Origin: Candidatus Poribacteria bacterium
Lineage (GTDB): Bacteria; Poribacteria; WGA-4E; WGA-3G
Reading direction: 5' to 3'
NCBI GenBank assembly: GCA_963663765.2
Contig: CAXXUA010000006.1
Coordinates: 448,001-512,000 of the forward strand
DNA: 64,000 bases
The notes under the pieces are model-generated. The model was not told the DNA's origin and did not search any database. It was given only the letters and a program-made list of their open reading frames with translations. Made by a program: the position numbers and the translations under genes. Positions 55,401-63,098 of the stretch are shown one piece after another (the first letter of the stretch is position 1; each line of letters opens with the position of its first letter).

Positions 55401-56604
55401 CACATCGGGGCAGCTGCAAACAAAGGCAGCTCTGGACTATGAAACAAAGTCGTCGTATACGGTCACCGTTTCTGTCTCTGATGGCAATGGTGGCATAGAT
55501 AGGATCACTGTCACCATCAACGTCACGAATGTAGCGGAAATAAGGACACCGGTCAATGAACGCACACAGCAGGTGCAAGATAGTATTGTTGATGCGATAG
55601 AAGGCGTTGATAATGCTGATGATGTAACCATCACACACATCACATCAATTACCTCACTTGATCTGTCTAATGAATTAATTAGATCCATATCAGCCGGTGA
55701 TTTTGACGATCTTACAGCACTGACAACATTGAATCTGAGCAGTAATTCTTTGAGTTCTTTACCGTCGGGTATTTTTGACGATCTCACGGCACTGACAACA
55801 CTCGACCTCAGTAGTAATTCTTTGAGTTCATTGCCTTCCGATATATTTGAGAAACTTACAAAATTAACAACACTTGACCTATACGAAAATTCCTTAAGCA
55901 CATTGCCATCAGGTCTCTTTAAAGGACTGACCGCGCTGTCATCACTGTTTATTGAAGATAACACCGTTGATCCGCTACTGATCATGGTATCATTGGAAAA
56001 AGTTATTGATGGTCAGTTCAAGGCGGTTTGTCCTATTTGCGCACCATTTGATATTGAGGTACCGCTGACTGCCACGAACGGAACTATCAGCGACAATGCA
56101 ACGAGTGTCACTATTTCCACTGGGACGGTGGAGAGTGGGGTGGTCGCTATCACACGCACCGCTGGCACAACTGCTGCTGTCACCGTTGACATTGGCACTT
56201 TACCATCATTGCCAGCATTACACGACGGGTACACACTTGTTAGAACTTCGTCAGATTTGCCGTTGACGGTAATCGACGCTATCCCCGAATCACCGAGACA
56301 GTTTACACCAGACAAAACCGCACTGCTGGCGAACTATCCCAATCCGTTCAACCCTGAAACGTGGATACCGTTTCAACTTGCTAAGTCTGTTGATGTCACG
56401 CTGACGATTTACGATGTCCGTGGTGTTGTGGTGCGTAAGATGTCGTTAGGGTATAAACTTTCTGGCGTATATACGAACCGTCGTCGTGCTATCCACTGGG
56501 ATGGTCGAAATATGCATGGTGAAAAAGTTGCAGGTGGTGTCTATTTTTATCACTTCAAAGCAGGAAATTATAGTGCTTTGCGTAAGATGTTGATTTTGAA
56601 ATAG
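46459..56604 (+). CDS. Giant LRR/cadherin-repeat secreted protein E (3381 aa)
   Basis: Signal peptide, 15 cadherin-like repeats, three late LRR blocks including many LTSLPSGIFDNNTAL units, and CTD. Confidence 0.92.
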   Translation: MLFLKLSILTILLCALTILSTAGNISITPVASRTVQVRDAIVNAIPNVNTSADVTTAQLATITSLDLRGKGITALQSGDFSGLTSLTNLNLYNNELSSLPDGIFEGLTALTALRLGKNKVTPLPFTVSLEKVGDGQFKSVVPTGAPFDIVVPITATNGSISSGTTSVTIIKGSTTSTSLTVTRTAGTTAVVSVDIGTLPTLPINHYGYMLSKSDTLPVEVISRLENPPTEETPDTTETDDSPAPNTAPIFVDGTITVRSIAENTAADVDIGTAVGATDVDEDALTYTLRGTDMSSFTIDSSSGQLKTKSALDYETKRIYTVTITASDGNLIATISVIISVIDVAEMALTTTFLTVSNRTPAVRDAIVTAVPGISTAENITVAHLASITSLDLRGKGITVLQSGDFSGLTSLTNLNLYGNMLSRLPIGVFEGLTVLTSLRLGGNLVDPMPLIVSLQRIGIGRFRALIHTGAPFDVVLLINNADTTTITIPKGSVQSPVFTSTSANVSIGALPSLPANHYGYILAKSTACNRTSQVSDGIVAALSDITDCRNVTDVDLASITSLNLSNASITSLEAGDFEGMLLLTTLDLSNNQLTELPDHIFEGLLSLTHLNLSGNAAAPLLIPYSLEKVGSNQFKVVVPTGTPFNIQMPISVTNGSVAGDVNAITLPVGTIQSMPFAVTRTPNTMGAVMVGFGTLPNLPASHSGYALAKSNTLEMSGAINVAPVFTEGTTTIRSIAENTAVGTNIGNTISATDANNDTLTYSLSGSDAAAFDIDKLTGQLKTKTALDYETKNSYSVTITVSDGTLTDTIDVTINITDVDENRAPVFTEGGTTTRTISENTDAGVNIGNPVSATDLDKDTLIYSLVGNAAAFDIVSTTGQLKTKAALDYETRTSYSVSVSVTDGKLTDTIAVTINITDVDETPLKADEVVVLLDEDEDDIVVTTDDDKEETPTPNNAPVFTDGNSTMRSIAENRVSGMDIGSAVSATDADGDTLAYTFGGTDASSFTIDSSSGQLRTGEALDFETKNAYSVTITVSDGNGGSDSISVTINVTDVDEALPNNDPVFTAGDRVSRSVDENTGSGVNIGDPVSATDADDDILSYSLGGTDFSSFTIDSSSGQLRTYASLDYETKSTYSVTISVSDGKGGSDSILVAINITNVDETVPNSAPVFALDSTTRSVAENTAANTNIGAAITATDDDNDSLTYGLNGTDAASFSIDVNTGQLKTKIDLNHETKDSYLVTVSVSDGKGGTDSISVTINVSDVNESPEFTDGATTTRAIAENAGAGANIGIAVSATDPDDGETLTYTLGVTDGAAFDIGNTTGQLKTKAALDYETKNSYSVIMIVSDGTLSDTIMVTINVTNLDETPSNNPPVFTDGNSTIRTVAENTVAGTNIGTPISATDVDNNTLTYLLSGDDASSFGIVSTTGQLQTRASLNHEIKDEYEVMVTVSDGSTTDTIMVTISVTDVNESPVFVNDSITRSVAENTAANTNIGSAITATDPDGNNLTYTLGGTDATSFNIDEDTGQLKTKAALDYETKRVYSVTITAKDEDNLSESINVTINITDVDENRAPVFTEGDSTARSVAENTGSGVNIGTPVSATDADGDTLEYTLSGTDAASFDIDSITGQLRTKAALDYETKDTYSVIITASDSKLSDTITVTINVTNVDENRPPVFLSESTTRSVAENTSSGMDIGSAVSANDPDGDDLTYTLSGTDATSFDIDEDTGQLKTKAALDYETKRSYAVTITAKDEDNLSDSINVTINVTNVDENRAPVFTEGSSTTRSVAENTGSGVNIGTPVSATDDDQDTLTYTLGGTDVDSFDIDTATAQLKTKNALDYEIKSSYSLTITAMDGNSGEDTIDVTINVTDANDPPIFTDGDSTTRSIAENTPRNKIIGDRVVATDVDGDKVTYSLSGTDMNSFGIRPNIGRLVTKASLDFETKSTYEVTVTASDSNGGIDTIDVAIHVIDVNDAPVFTDGDSTTRSVAENTTADTDIGTPVSATDDDQDTLTYILGGTDAASFDIVSTTGQLKTKNALDHETKSSYTITITVDDQNGGEDTINVTVNITDVTESLLEGRTGAVRSAILSKLSGVDADDVTAEHLASITEIVISTQSPKLGDFDGLAGLVRLYIGHNLIRSLPAGIFDDLVNLEYIGLGLNLFETLPGGLFDNNTKLKTILLDIGELRSLPGGLFDNNTELTKIDLHDNKLSSLPTGFFNNNTELVTLDLSRNQIHSLPTGFFDNNTKLENLHLNRNGLHSLPSGIFDKLTKPTSLNLDSNNLESLPAGVFDTLTLLNTLELRDNKLTTLPNNIFDKNTALTHLYLQRNELTSLPSGVFDKLTNLTRLDLNNNELSSFPTGIFDKLTNLTFLKMYDNDFTSLPSSIFDKLINLTRLDLRQNGLTSLPDNIFKGLTELSEVKLESNAVDPLSVTVSLVKVESGKFKTTVHTGAPFDINLPITVVNGSLSGGTTSISISTGSIESNTYTVTRTTGTTGAVTVNIGTLPTIPSDHSGYALVKPTTGLPLIVIDENVVNTKGANIDETPINPPLNGRTQQVQDAIVAAIDGIDSADDVTAEHLAAITSLYLDQNSITSLKSGDFDGLSALSTLTLSGTGLTALPSGIFDNNTALETLNLFNNDLTSLPSGIFDNNTALTSMHLNNNALTSLPSGIFDNNTALNTIRLHLNDLTSLPSGIFDNNTALNTINLSSNGTGLASLPSGIFDNNTALKTINLHDNGLTSLPSGVFDNNTTVTTIYLYDNALTSLPSGIFDNNTALKTIYLAENSLTSLSSDVFDNNTAVTRIELSGNSLTSLPSGVFDNNTAVTTIHLYNNALTSLPSGIFDNNTALKTLYLQINGLTSLPSGIFDNNTTLKTLYLQNNEISDVSELEHLTSLTDLQIGGNLISDYGPLRRLRAANPDIKFDIDIDNNPPVFTDGSSTTRSVSENTTAGQNIGSAVTATDTDTENTLTYTLGGTDASSFDIVSTSGQLQTKAALDYETKSSYTVTVSVSDGNGGIDRITVTINVTNVAEIRTPVNERTQQVQDSIVDAIEGVDNADDVTITHITSITSLDLSNELIRSISAGDFDDLTALTTLNLSSNSLSSLPSGIFDDLTALTTLDLSSNSLSSLPSDIFEKLTKLTTLDLYENSLSTLPSGLFKGLTALSSLFIEDNTVDPLLIMVSLEKVIDGQFKAVCPICAPFDIEVPLTATNGTISDNATSVTISTGTVESGVVAITRTAGTTAAVTVDIGTLPSLPALHDGYTLVRTSSDLPLTVIDAIPESPRQFTPDKTALLANYPNPFNPETWIPFQLAKSVDVTLTIYDVRGVVVRKMSLGYKLSGVYTNRRRAIHWDGRNMHGEKVAGGVYFYHFKAGNYSALRKMLILK

Positions 56605-56612
56605 GCGTGTCT

Positions 56613-57507
56613 GAATCGCGGATTACACGGAGGTTCGCGGATAAGACCTCTTAGTAGGAGCGACCTCCTGGTCGCGACCGTGTTTATACAATACGCCTGA
56701 ACAGTCGCGACCGGGAGGTCGCTCCTACCGACGGGGGTGTTGTTTGTCTGAACCGGGATTTTCAGGATTTACCTCATTGTAATCAGTCCATCCTGTGAAT
56801 CCTTGTTCAGACAGAATCGCGGATTACACGGATTGCGCGGAGGTTCGCGGATAAGACCTCTTGGTAGGTGCGACCTCCTGGTCGCGACCGTGTTTATACA
56901 ATACGCCTGAACAGTCGCGACCGGGAGGTCGCTCCTACCGACGGGGGTGTTGTTTGTCTGAACCGGGATTTTCAGGATTTACCTCATTGTAATCAGTCCA
57001 TCCTGTGAATCCTTGTTCAGACAGAATCGCGGATTACACGGATTGCGCGGAGGTTCGCGGATAAGACCTCTTGGTAGGTGCGACCTCCTGGTCGCGACCG
57101 TGTTTATACAATACGCCTGAACAGTCGCGACCGGGAGGTCGCTCCTACCGACGGGGGTGTTGTTTGTCTGAACCGGGATTTTCAGGATTTACCTCATTGT
57201 AATCAGTCCATTCTGTGAATCCTTGTTCAGACAGAATCGCGGATTACACGGATTGCGCGGAGGTTCGCGGATAAGACCTCTTGGTAGGAGCGACCTCCTG
57301 GTCGCGACCGTGTTTATACAATACGCCTGAACAGTCGCGACCGGGAGGTCGCTCCTACCGACGGGGGTGTTGTTTGTCTGAACCGGGATTTTCAGGATTT
57401 ACCTCATTGTAATCAGTCCATTCTGTGAATCCTTGTTCAGACAGAATCGCGGATTACACGGATTACACGGATTGCGCGGAGGTACGCGGATAAAACCTCT
57501 TGGTAGG
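56613..57507. repeat. 210-bp tandem array (~4.2 units) of REP/BIME-like palindromes
   Basis: AGGTTCGCGGATAAGACCTC at 56631, 56841, 57051 and 57261; each unit has GTAGG(A/T)GCGACCTCCTGGTCGCGAC...GTCGCGACCGGGAGGTCGCTCCTAC and TGTCTGAAC...GTTCAGACA inverted repeats. Confidence 0.93.
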
Positions 57508-57640
57508 ACCGACTCGGGGAATGCCATAGGGCGAATACGGTTATGGTATTCGTCATGATTCATACCGTTTATTTCTTGATTATTTGTTTTGGACCTACGC
57601 AAGTAATTCACGAATGTTATAAATATCTGCCAAAAAACCG

Positions 57641-57657
57641 AAAACTAAATAACCCTG
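57641..57657 (+). mobile_element. Isolated ISAs1-type terminal repeat
   Basis: AAAACTAAATAACCCTG is identical to 30908-30924. Confidence 0.65.
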
Positions 57658-57664
57658 ACGTTTT

Positions 57665-60600
57665 CTAAGATTTTGGGAGTGTATATAGTCCTCGTTTGAC
57701 TCGGACAATCTCCCCCTTATCAACAAGCCGAGAAAGTGCATAGTTTATCGCCTGTGGCATTCCATCAAGTGCAGCAACTAACTCGGCTGTTTTTTTCTCA
57801 CCATCAGCCAGCAAAGAAAGTATTTCATCTCGGTAAGGGGCACGTAAGATATTCCTACCTCTCATCTTTTGTAGGATACGGTTCGCTTGCCGGACAGAGC
57901 ATCCCAAAATACGCTCCACTTCTTCTCTGCTTGTTTCAGCAGTAATACTTTCTCGTTCAGTTTCAAAACGTTGTCTTGTGCGTATCGTCTCCGCAAACCT
58001 ATCTATCCCACCGGCAATCTCAAAATCTTCCCAGTCAAAAAGTAGGACTTCCGGTCTGTTAGTGATATTCGGTAGTTCTAAACTTGATATTAAAACGATT
58101 TTTTTGTCTGTGAAACGATCTAATCCCGCTTTCCCGATAATCTGTGTGAGTATACTAATTACTTCTTCTTCATAAACACTTTGTACGCGTTCATCTTTGT
58201 AGTATCCTGTTTCTGAATCTCTTTCATGACGCAGCGGATTAACGTCATTTCCAAACAGAATATGTGCTCTTGACCAAACAGCACGCGGTCCGACTTCTGG
58301 TGTGCTGACGACCCAGATAACATCTGCTGCCCCAAAGACTGCTTCAAATCTTTCTATTTCCTCAAAGTGCGTTACGAAACAAACGTTTTCTTTCTGGGCA
58401 GCAGCTCTTAAGTGTCTGATCAGTGTGCTATGCGTGATAATTGCATGCTTTACACTCGGTACTCTCTCAACTTCTGCAAGAATAGAAAGAAATAAATGTT
58501 GTCCAAGTTTAGACATACCGATATATTGCCAATTCTTGTCAACGTCTAACATCATATTCCGAGGATAGGTGCCTGTTCGTATTTGAAAAAGGTTATTCCC
58601 TGGTAACCATGTAGCAGGTTTAATACGAATGACTTGTCTTTCCTCGTTTGAAAATGCCTGTGGGAGATGTCTATCTAGGTTGGTAGAAGATATTAACAAT
58701 AAACGTTTGACATCTTGGTGCAGCACGGGTGGCACTCGGAACTTTAGGATTTTGTCATCCCATTCCATCGGCGGATTATTACCCGTAGAATAGTGTGTAC
58801 AGAAACATTTGAGTTGATGCCAATACGTCCAATTCGGGTTTTGACAAACGGTCGGGAATCCATTTATGTTTTCAACAGTTTCGGTATCCAAAATGTCTAA
58901 CTGAATGGCTCGTGCCATAGACAGCGGTACTCCTTTTCTCGGCACTTTGACTTGACACATCTGTTCAATGATCATTTCTTCCTGCCATTCAAACATCTTG
59001 ATTACAAGCCGAATCCTATTGGCAGCCTCTGTCTGGGATTTATATTTGATTTCTAAAGCATTCAATAAGACTTTAGCAAAATCGCCTAAAACATCTCCTT
59101 GCCAGTTCACAGTCCACTCTTCTATCTGTTTTCTTGAAAGTTCACACTCAGGGAATAATCTAAAGAAACGTATCCCATTTATGATACATAGCCGTTCTGT
59201 ATTATCCTTTTGTTTGAGCATTTTTCTGGCAATATCAGCATATTGTGGATTGAATAACAGTTGAGGTATAGCCGTTACTTGTGTCTTTGCATGCTGTAAT
59301 GTGTGGTATTGTGATAAATAGCCGTGAACTTGACATGTTTTATAGACGGGACACTGCGGACAGATACTTTCACTCGCGTTGCCACCCTTTTTTTCAAGAC
59401 TATCACACCGTTCAGCATCTTCACACATATTTCCATGTTGGAATGGGTTTGCCATGCGTTCATCAACACGGATGTCTTTCACTTTTTCCCATAGATGCAT
59501 GCGAGGTTTCCAGCGAACGACTGACTGTGAACTCTGCTGAATTCGTTGTTCTGCTGCTTCTGCTAATTTGCTACTTGGTAGATTTATGCAAGTTGGGTAA
59601 TTGGTGAGGAGATCCAATTCCAATTCAAAGTTTTTTTCTTCATTGTTTTCAGTCACCAGAGCAATAACTCGGTTATTTTGATCAAAAGAATGTTTTAACT
59701 TGTCCGCAATCTGTTCTGTAGGATTTTCTACTGTATGCGTAAGTTCTGACTTCTTTAGTATCGGTGTTGAGCGTTTTATCGCCAGAGGACTCAGTTTTCC
59801 TTCTTGCACAGCCAATATCTCACTGCTAATAGGCATCCCCGCATCGGGTATCTGTGGCAGTATGCCAGTATCGTCCCAAACATCTGTGATTGGTGTAGCA
59901 GTCGTCGGTATGCCAAAACCATCTGTGGATGCACATACCCAAACAATGTGTTCGCTTTCCCACAATGCAACATGTCCATCATCAACATTGTCAAAGTTTT
60001 TATTCCAAAGGTGAGTGTTGTTATCTTTTCGAAAATAAGAAAAACCGCGTTTTAGAAATGCTTGCTTTGCAAGATTAAGCAGATATGAACCAAGATCTAA
60101 GGGAGTCATATTAGGTTTAATCTTCGGTTTATCTGTTCCATACGATACCGGTTCGTGAAGCTCAGCACGAAGGGCATTGATAGGTGCAAACAGGACTTCT
60201 TCTGCAATAACAGGCGGATCTAATAAGTTTCCAAGCAGGATTTCGTGGCGTGCATCCCAGCAACTATATGCCTCTTGCGCTAACATCTCAAGAAAGACAA
60301 CACGTTGATGTGGATCTTCCGATGTCGGTGTACCTTTATGAATATAATATGTTGCCTCAGCGGTATTTGGATGGAGGTAATCCTGCACCCTACAAGAAAA
60401 GCGTAAACCTCCTGATTTTGTTAATGTCAAGAGTGGGTTTTCAACAAAATTAACAAGTGCTTCAACACAGAGATGAACAGCATCTGGGGCAGCACATATT
60501 CCCGCGTAAGTAAATACAATGTCATGCCAGTGTGCCCCGTCTTGTCCGGAGGACGTGCCAGTATAAACGTTAATACCCCACGAGTTATCCCACCTTTCCA

Positions 60601-60880
60601 TCGCCCAATTTGTTATCCCTTGGCGTTGAAAAAAACGGTCTCCGCCAAAGAAACTCGGACCATGGTCATTTTCAGGGGCGCGCCCTATCGGCATAAAGGA
60701 TATACCAGCATCCTCTATATCATCAAGAAGCACAGAATAATTGCGGGCACAATAGACTGTGTGTTGATGCGGATAGCCTCTGTTGTGAACGGCGGGCATT
60801 ATCTCTGTCCTACGTTGCCGAAGTGGATTCTTGCGCCGTTCGTGGCAAAGTGATATTAGATTTTTTAAGATATTATTCAT
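57665..60880 (-). CDS. ~1071-aa Prim-Pol-like / degenerate SF2 helicase-like / HTH protein (copy 2)
   Basis: Colinear paralogue of 832-4224 with the same motifs, a nearly identical C-terminus and a 59-aa net internal deletion. Confidence 0.78.
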   Translation of the reverse strand: MNNILKNLISLCHERRKNPLRQRRTEIMPAVHNRGYPHQHTVYCARNYSVLLDDIEDAGISFMPIGRAPENDHGPSFFGGDRFFQRQGITNWAMERWDNSWGINVYTGTSSGQDGAHWHDIVFTYAGICAAPDAVHLCVEALVNFVENPLLTLTKSGGLRFSCRVQDYLHPNTAEATYYIHKGTPTSEDPHQRVVFLEMLAQEAYSCWDARHEILLGNLLDPPVIAEEVLFAPINALRAELHEPVSYGTDKPKIKPNMTPLDLGSYLLNLAKQAFLKRGFSYFRKDNNTHLWNKNFDNVDDGHVALWESEHIVWVCASTDGFGIPTTATPITDVWDDTGILPQIPDAGMPISSEILAVQEGKLSPLAIKRSTPILKKSELTHTVENPTEQIADKLKHSFDQNNRVIALVTENNEEKNFELELDLLTNYPTCINLPSSKLAEAAEQRIQQSSQSVVRWKPRMHLWEKVKDIRVDERMANPFQHGNMCEDAERCDSLEKKGGNASESICPQCPVYKTCQVHGYLSQYHTLQHAKTQVTAIPQLLFNPQYADIARKMLKQKDNTERLCIINGIRFFRLFPECELSRKQIEEWTVNWQGDVLGDFAKVLLNALEIKYKSQTEAANRIRLVIKMFEWQEEMIIEQMCQVKVPRKGVPLSMARAIQLDILDTETVENINGFPTVCQNPNWTYWHQLKCFCTHYSTGNNPPMEWDDKILKFRVPPVLHQDVKRLLLISSTNLDRHLPQAFSNEERQVIRIKPATWLPGNNLFQIRTGTYPRNMMLDVDKNWQYIGMSKLGQHLFLSILAEVERVPSVKHAIITHSTLIRHLRAAAQKENVCFVTHFEEIERFEAVFGAADVIWVVSTPEVGPRAVWSRAHILFGNDVNPLRHERDSETGYYKDERVQSVYEEEVISILTQIIGKAGLDRFTDKKIVLISSLELPNITNRPEVLLFDWEDFEIAGGIDRFAETIRTRQRFETERESITAETSREEVERILGCSVRQANRILQKMRGRNILRAPYRDEILSLLADGEKKTAELVAALDGMPQAINYALSRLVDKGEIVRVKRGLYTLPKS

Positions 60881-60886
60881 AATTCT

Positions 60887-60933
60887 ATAGTAATACAAAC
60901 TTGCTTTTTATTCAAGAAATCATCTTGAATAAA
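60887..60933 (-). promoter_or_regulatory. sigma70 promoter (apparently leaderless) overlapped by an 11-5-11 inverted repeat
   Basis: TTGAAT-17-TACTAT-6-ATG; TTTATTCAAGA-AATCA-TCTTGAATAAA at 60907-60933. Confidence 0.6.
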
Positions 60934-61089
60934 GTTCTAAAACTCTATCCCACCTACGAAACACAAGATTCAATAGAAAATAATTGTTTTATATTTATAA
61001 ATAGTTGACTTAATATGATATTAAAGTAATAATATATTATATTGACATATATTTATTATGACTCACGTCTTACAAGGGAGAGTGGTATT

Positions 61090-61311
61090 TTGTTGAAGAA
61101 ACAGGTATTTCTTTTAATGTTACCATGTCTGTTAACACTATTTGGAACATGGAGTTATGCTGACATAACAGCAGTTGTTGATCGCACGGCAATAGTGCGG
61201 GATGTGATCGTCGCAGCAATATCAGATGTAGACACCGCAGCAGACGTAACCGAAGCACATCTTGCTACCATCAGCGCGCTGGACTTACGCAATCAAGGAA
61301 TAACCGAACTA
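61090..61311 (+). pseudogene. 5' fragment of a sixth giant adhesin (A-type signal peptide)
   Basis: LKKQVFLLMLPCLLTLFGTWSYADITAVVDRT...LDLRNQGITEL, then abrupt loss of homology into AT-rich DNA. Confidence 0.85.
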
Positions 61312-61360
61312 ATTTATTCTTCCAGACTTCCATTAATAATTAATATAATGAAAAAATCTA

Positions 61361-61822
61361 ATGAATATAAATTCAATGTTTCAAGTGTTAGTATTTTATT
61401 TAATAATATTGATGTTATGCATGCCATTTGTTTCTAATGCACAACAAAGCATAAATCTTTCTGCTATAAAAGCGTCAGTCGTATCTGATATTGAAGAACA
61501 TTTTGAAGGCATATCTTGGTATATGCAAGCATGCCTTCACAACATTATTCGTGTAAATATGGCAGATACGAACACAATTCCTGTCCCAGCACAAAGTTTT
61601 ATTGGTAAATCACCTGAGTATGTTGGTGTATATACAACAATATACAAACAAGAAAAGACAAAAAATCAACGGGACGCTGCTACAATAGTTGGAATTCTCA
61701 TCGGTGTAGGGGCTTGTATAGGTTGCGTTATGTATGTAAGTAACGAATCAGATGATTTGTTTGACGACATTTTTGATTTTGACGCTTGCAGTGGTTGTAA
61801 CCATTTTGGATATGGATTCTGA
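61361..61822 (+). CDS. Hypothetical exported/membrane protein with a Cys-containing C-terminus
   Basis: N-terminal hydrophobic stretch ending SNA, second hydrophobic segment IVGILIGVGACIGCVMYV, and an acidic tail with ACSGC. Confidence 0.55.
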   Translation: MNINSMFQVLVFYLIILMLCMPFVSNAQQSINLSAIKASVVSDIEEHFEGISWYMQACLHNIIRVNMADTNTIPVPAQSFIGKSPEYVGVYTTIYKQEKTKNQRDAATIVGILIGVGACIGCVMYVSNESDDLFDDIFDFDACSGCNHFGYGF

Positions 61823-62058
61823 AACAGCTCCAAAATGGAATATTACTAACGTGAGTTTGATAAATATTTTTAGAAGTTACATATCATTGGTATCTGAAAG
61901 TCTTTTTCCTGTAATTCTTTATGTTTGAGTGATAGTATTTTCTTCAGACAAGTAGAAGTGATCAAGGCAGGAACTGTGTTCACTTGAAAATTTGCTTTGC
62001 ACAACTTCTATGGCGTGTGTGTTCTATCTCTATCTGATATTTTAGGAGTATACCCCTT

Positions 62059-62922
62059 ATGATTTATTGTAGATACTCTTGTAGGCTAACCCTCATCGGC
62101 ATCTTATGCATCGGCTTATTCGCTTGTGGTGAAGATGTCCCAACCGAACCCGAAGTAGAAGTCTTTACAGACAAGTGGGGTGATCCCATAGATATTGGTA
62201 AAGAGTATTCTATTGATGATCCAAAGACCGGCGATATTGTTCACCTTTCAACAGGTGAGACATACAAAGTTGGAGTCCGTCCACGTGGCAAAGAAGTAAG
62301 TCATGATAATTTAGAAATTGATTATATAGAACCCACAGATGACGGACTACTCATTTATACAAATATATTTGAACCAGTACCCGGTGAAGATAATGCTTAT
62401 ATAGTGATAAACACTATTGAAAGAGGTATCATCGTCCCCGAAGGTCCACCTATTGTTGGAATTAAAAGGAGCTTCAGACATCCGTATATCACAAAAGAAA
62501 ATAATGTTTTAGATTACGTAGACTTTTTTTGTGAGATTGTTATTGATCGAAAACTTGATTACCATCTTCCAATTTACTTAGAGCACCGAGTTCAAGATAT
62601 TTATGCACTCGGTGAGCAAGTTTATGTAACCCGTTTCATAGCTATTGTGGAAAAAGGATATACCAGAGCTGAGATTGTCGGTGAAGATTACCTTGCCCTG
62701 CTTGTTGGAGAAGGAGACAAGCACCAGAAATCATCTCTAAGCATACTCCCCTACGCAGAGATGAAGAAGATTAATCTGCCTGCTGCAACAGGTTTTCCTA
62801 ACACAGGCATGGTAGAACCTACAGAAATCAGTAGAATACCCGAAGGACACAAATTCCGTCCATACCGTATCCGTTCATCCTCCTTTTTAATGGGAAAACC
62901 TGAAATTGAAGGAACATGGTAA
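62059..62922 (+). CDS. Hypothetical lipoprotein
   Basis: RBS AGGAG; lipobox LFAC followed by GEDVPTEPE. Confidence 0.75.
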   Translation: MIYCRYSCRLTLIGILCIGLFACGEDVPTEPEVEVFTDKWGDPIDIGKEYSIDDPKTGDIVHLSTGETYKVGVRPRGKEVSHDNLEIDYIEPTDDGLLIYTNIFEPVPGEDNAYIVINTIERGIIVPEGPPIVGIKRSFRHPYITKENNVLDYVDFFCEIVIDRKLDYHLPIYLEHRVQDIYALGEQVYVTRFIAIVEKGYTRAEIVGEDYLALLVGEGDKHQKSSLSILPYAEMKKINLPAATGFPNTGMVEPTEISRIPEGHKFRPYRIRSSSFLMGKPEIEGTW

Positions 62923-63098
62923 ACCTTAACACAGGCGACATAGAAGTATTGTCAACTTTCAAGTAAATGTGGTTACTGCCCTGATTGCTTATCAACTTTT
63001 AGAGCACAAACCCTCGGTGAATCTGCGAAAACTTCAGGAAATCAACGATTTACCTATGCTTTTTAACTTCTAAACTATTTTCAAACTCACGTTATTAC

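Noticed and set aside
4338-56315. Numerous short antisense and alternate-frame ORFs inside the giant genes
   Set aside because: They are shadows of repetitive Thr/Asp/Ser-rich coding sequence, recurring with each cadherin or LRR unit and lacking independent motifs
56613-57507. CRISPR array
   Set aside because: Whole 210-bp units repeat with no unique spacers, and there are no cas genes in the window
57399-57611. 70-aa ORF across the repeat cluster
   Set aside because: It is a translation of repeat elements
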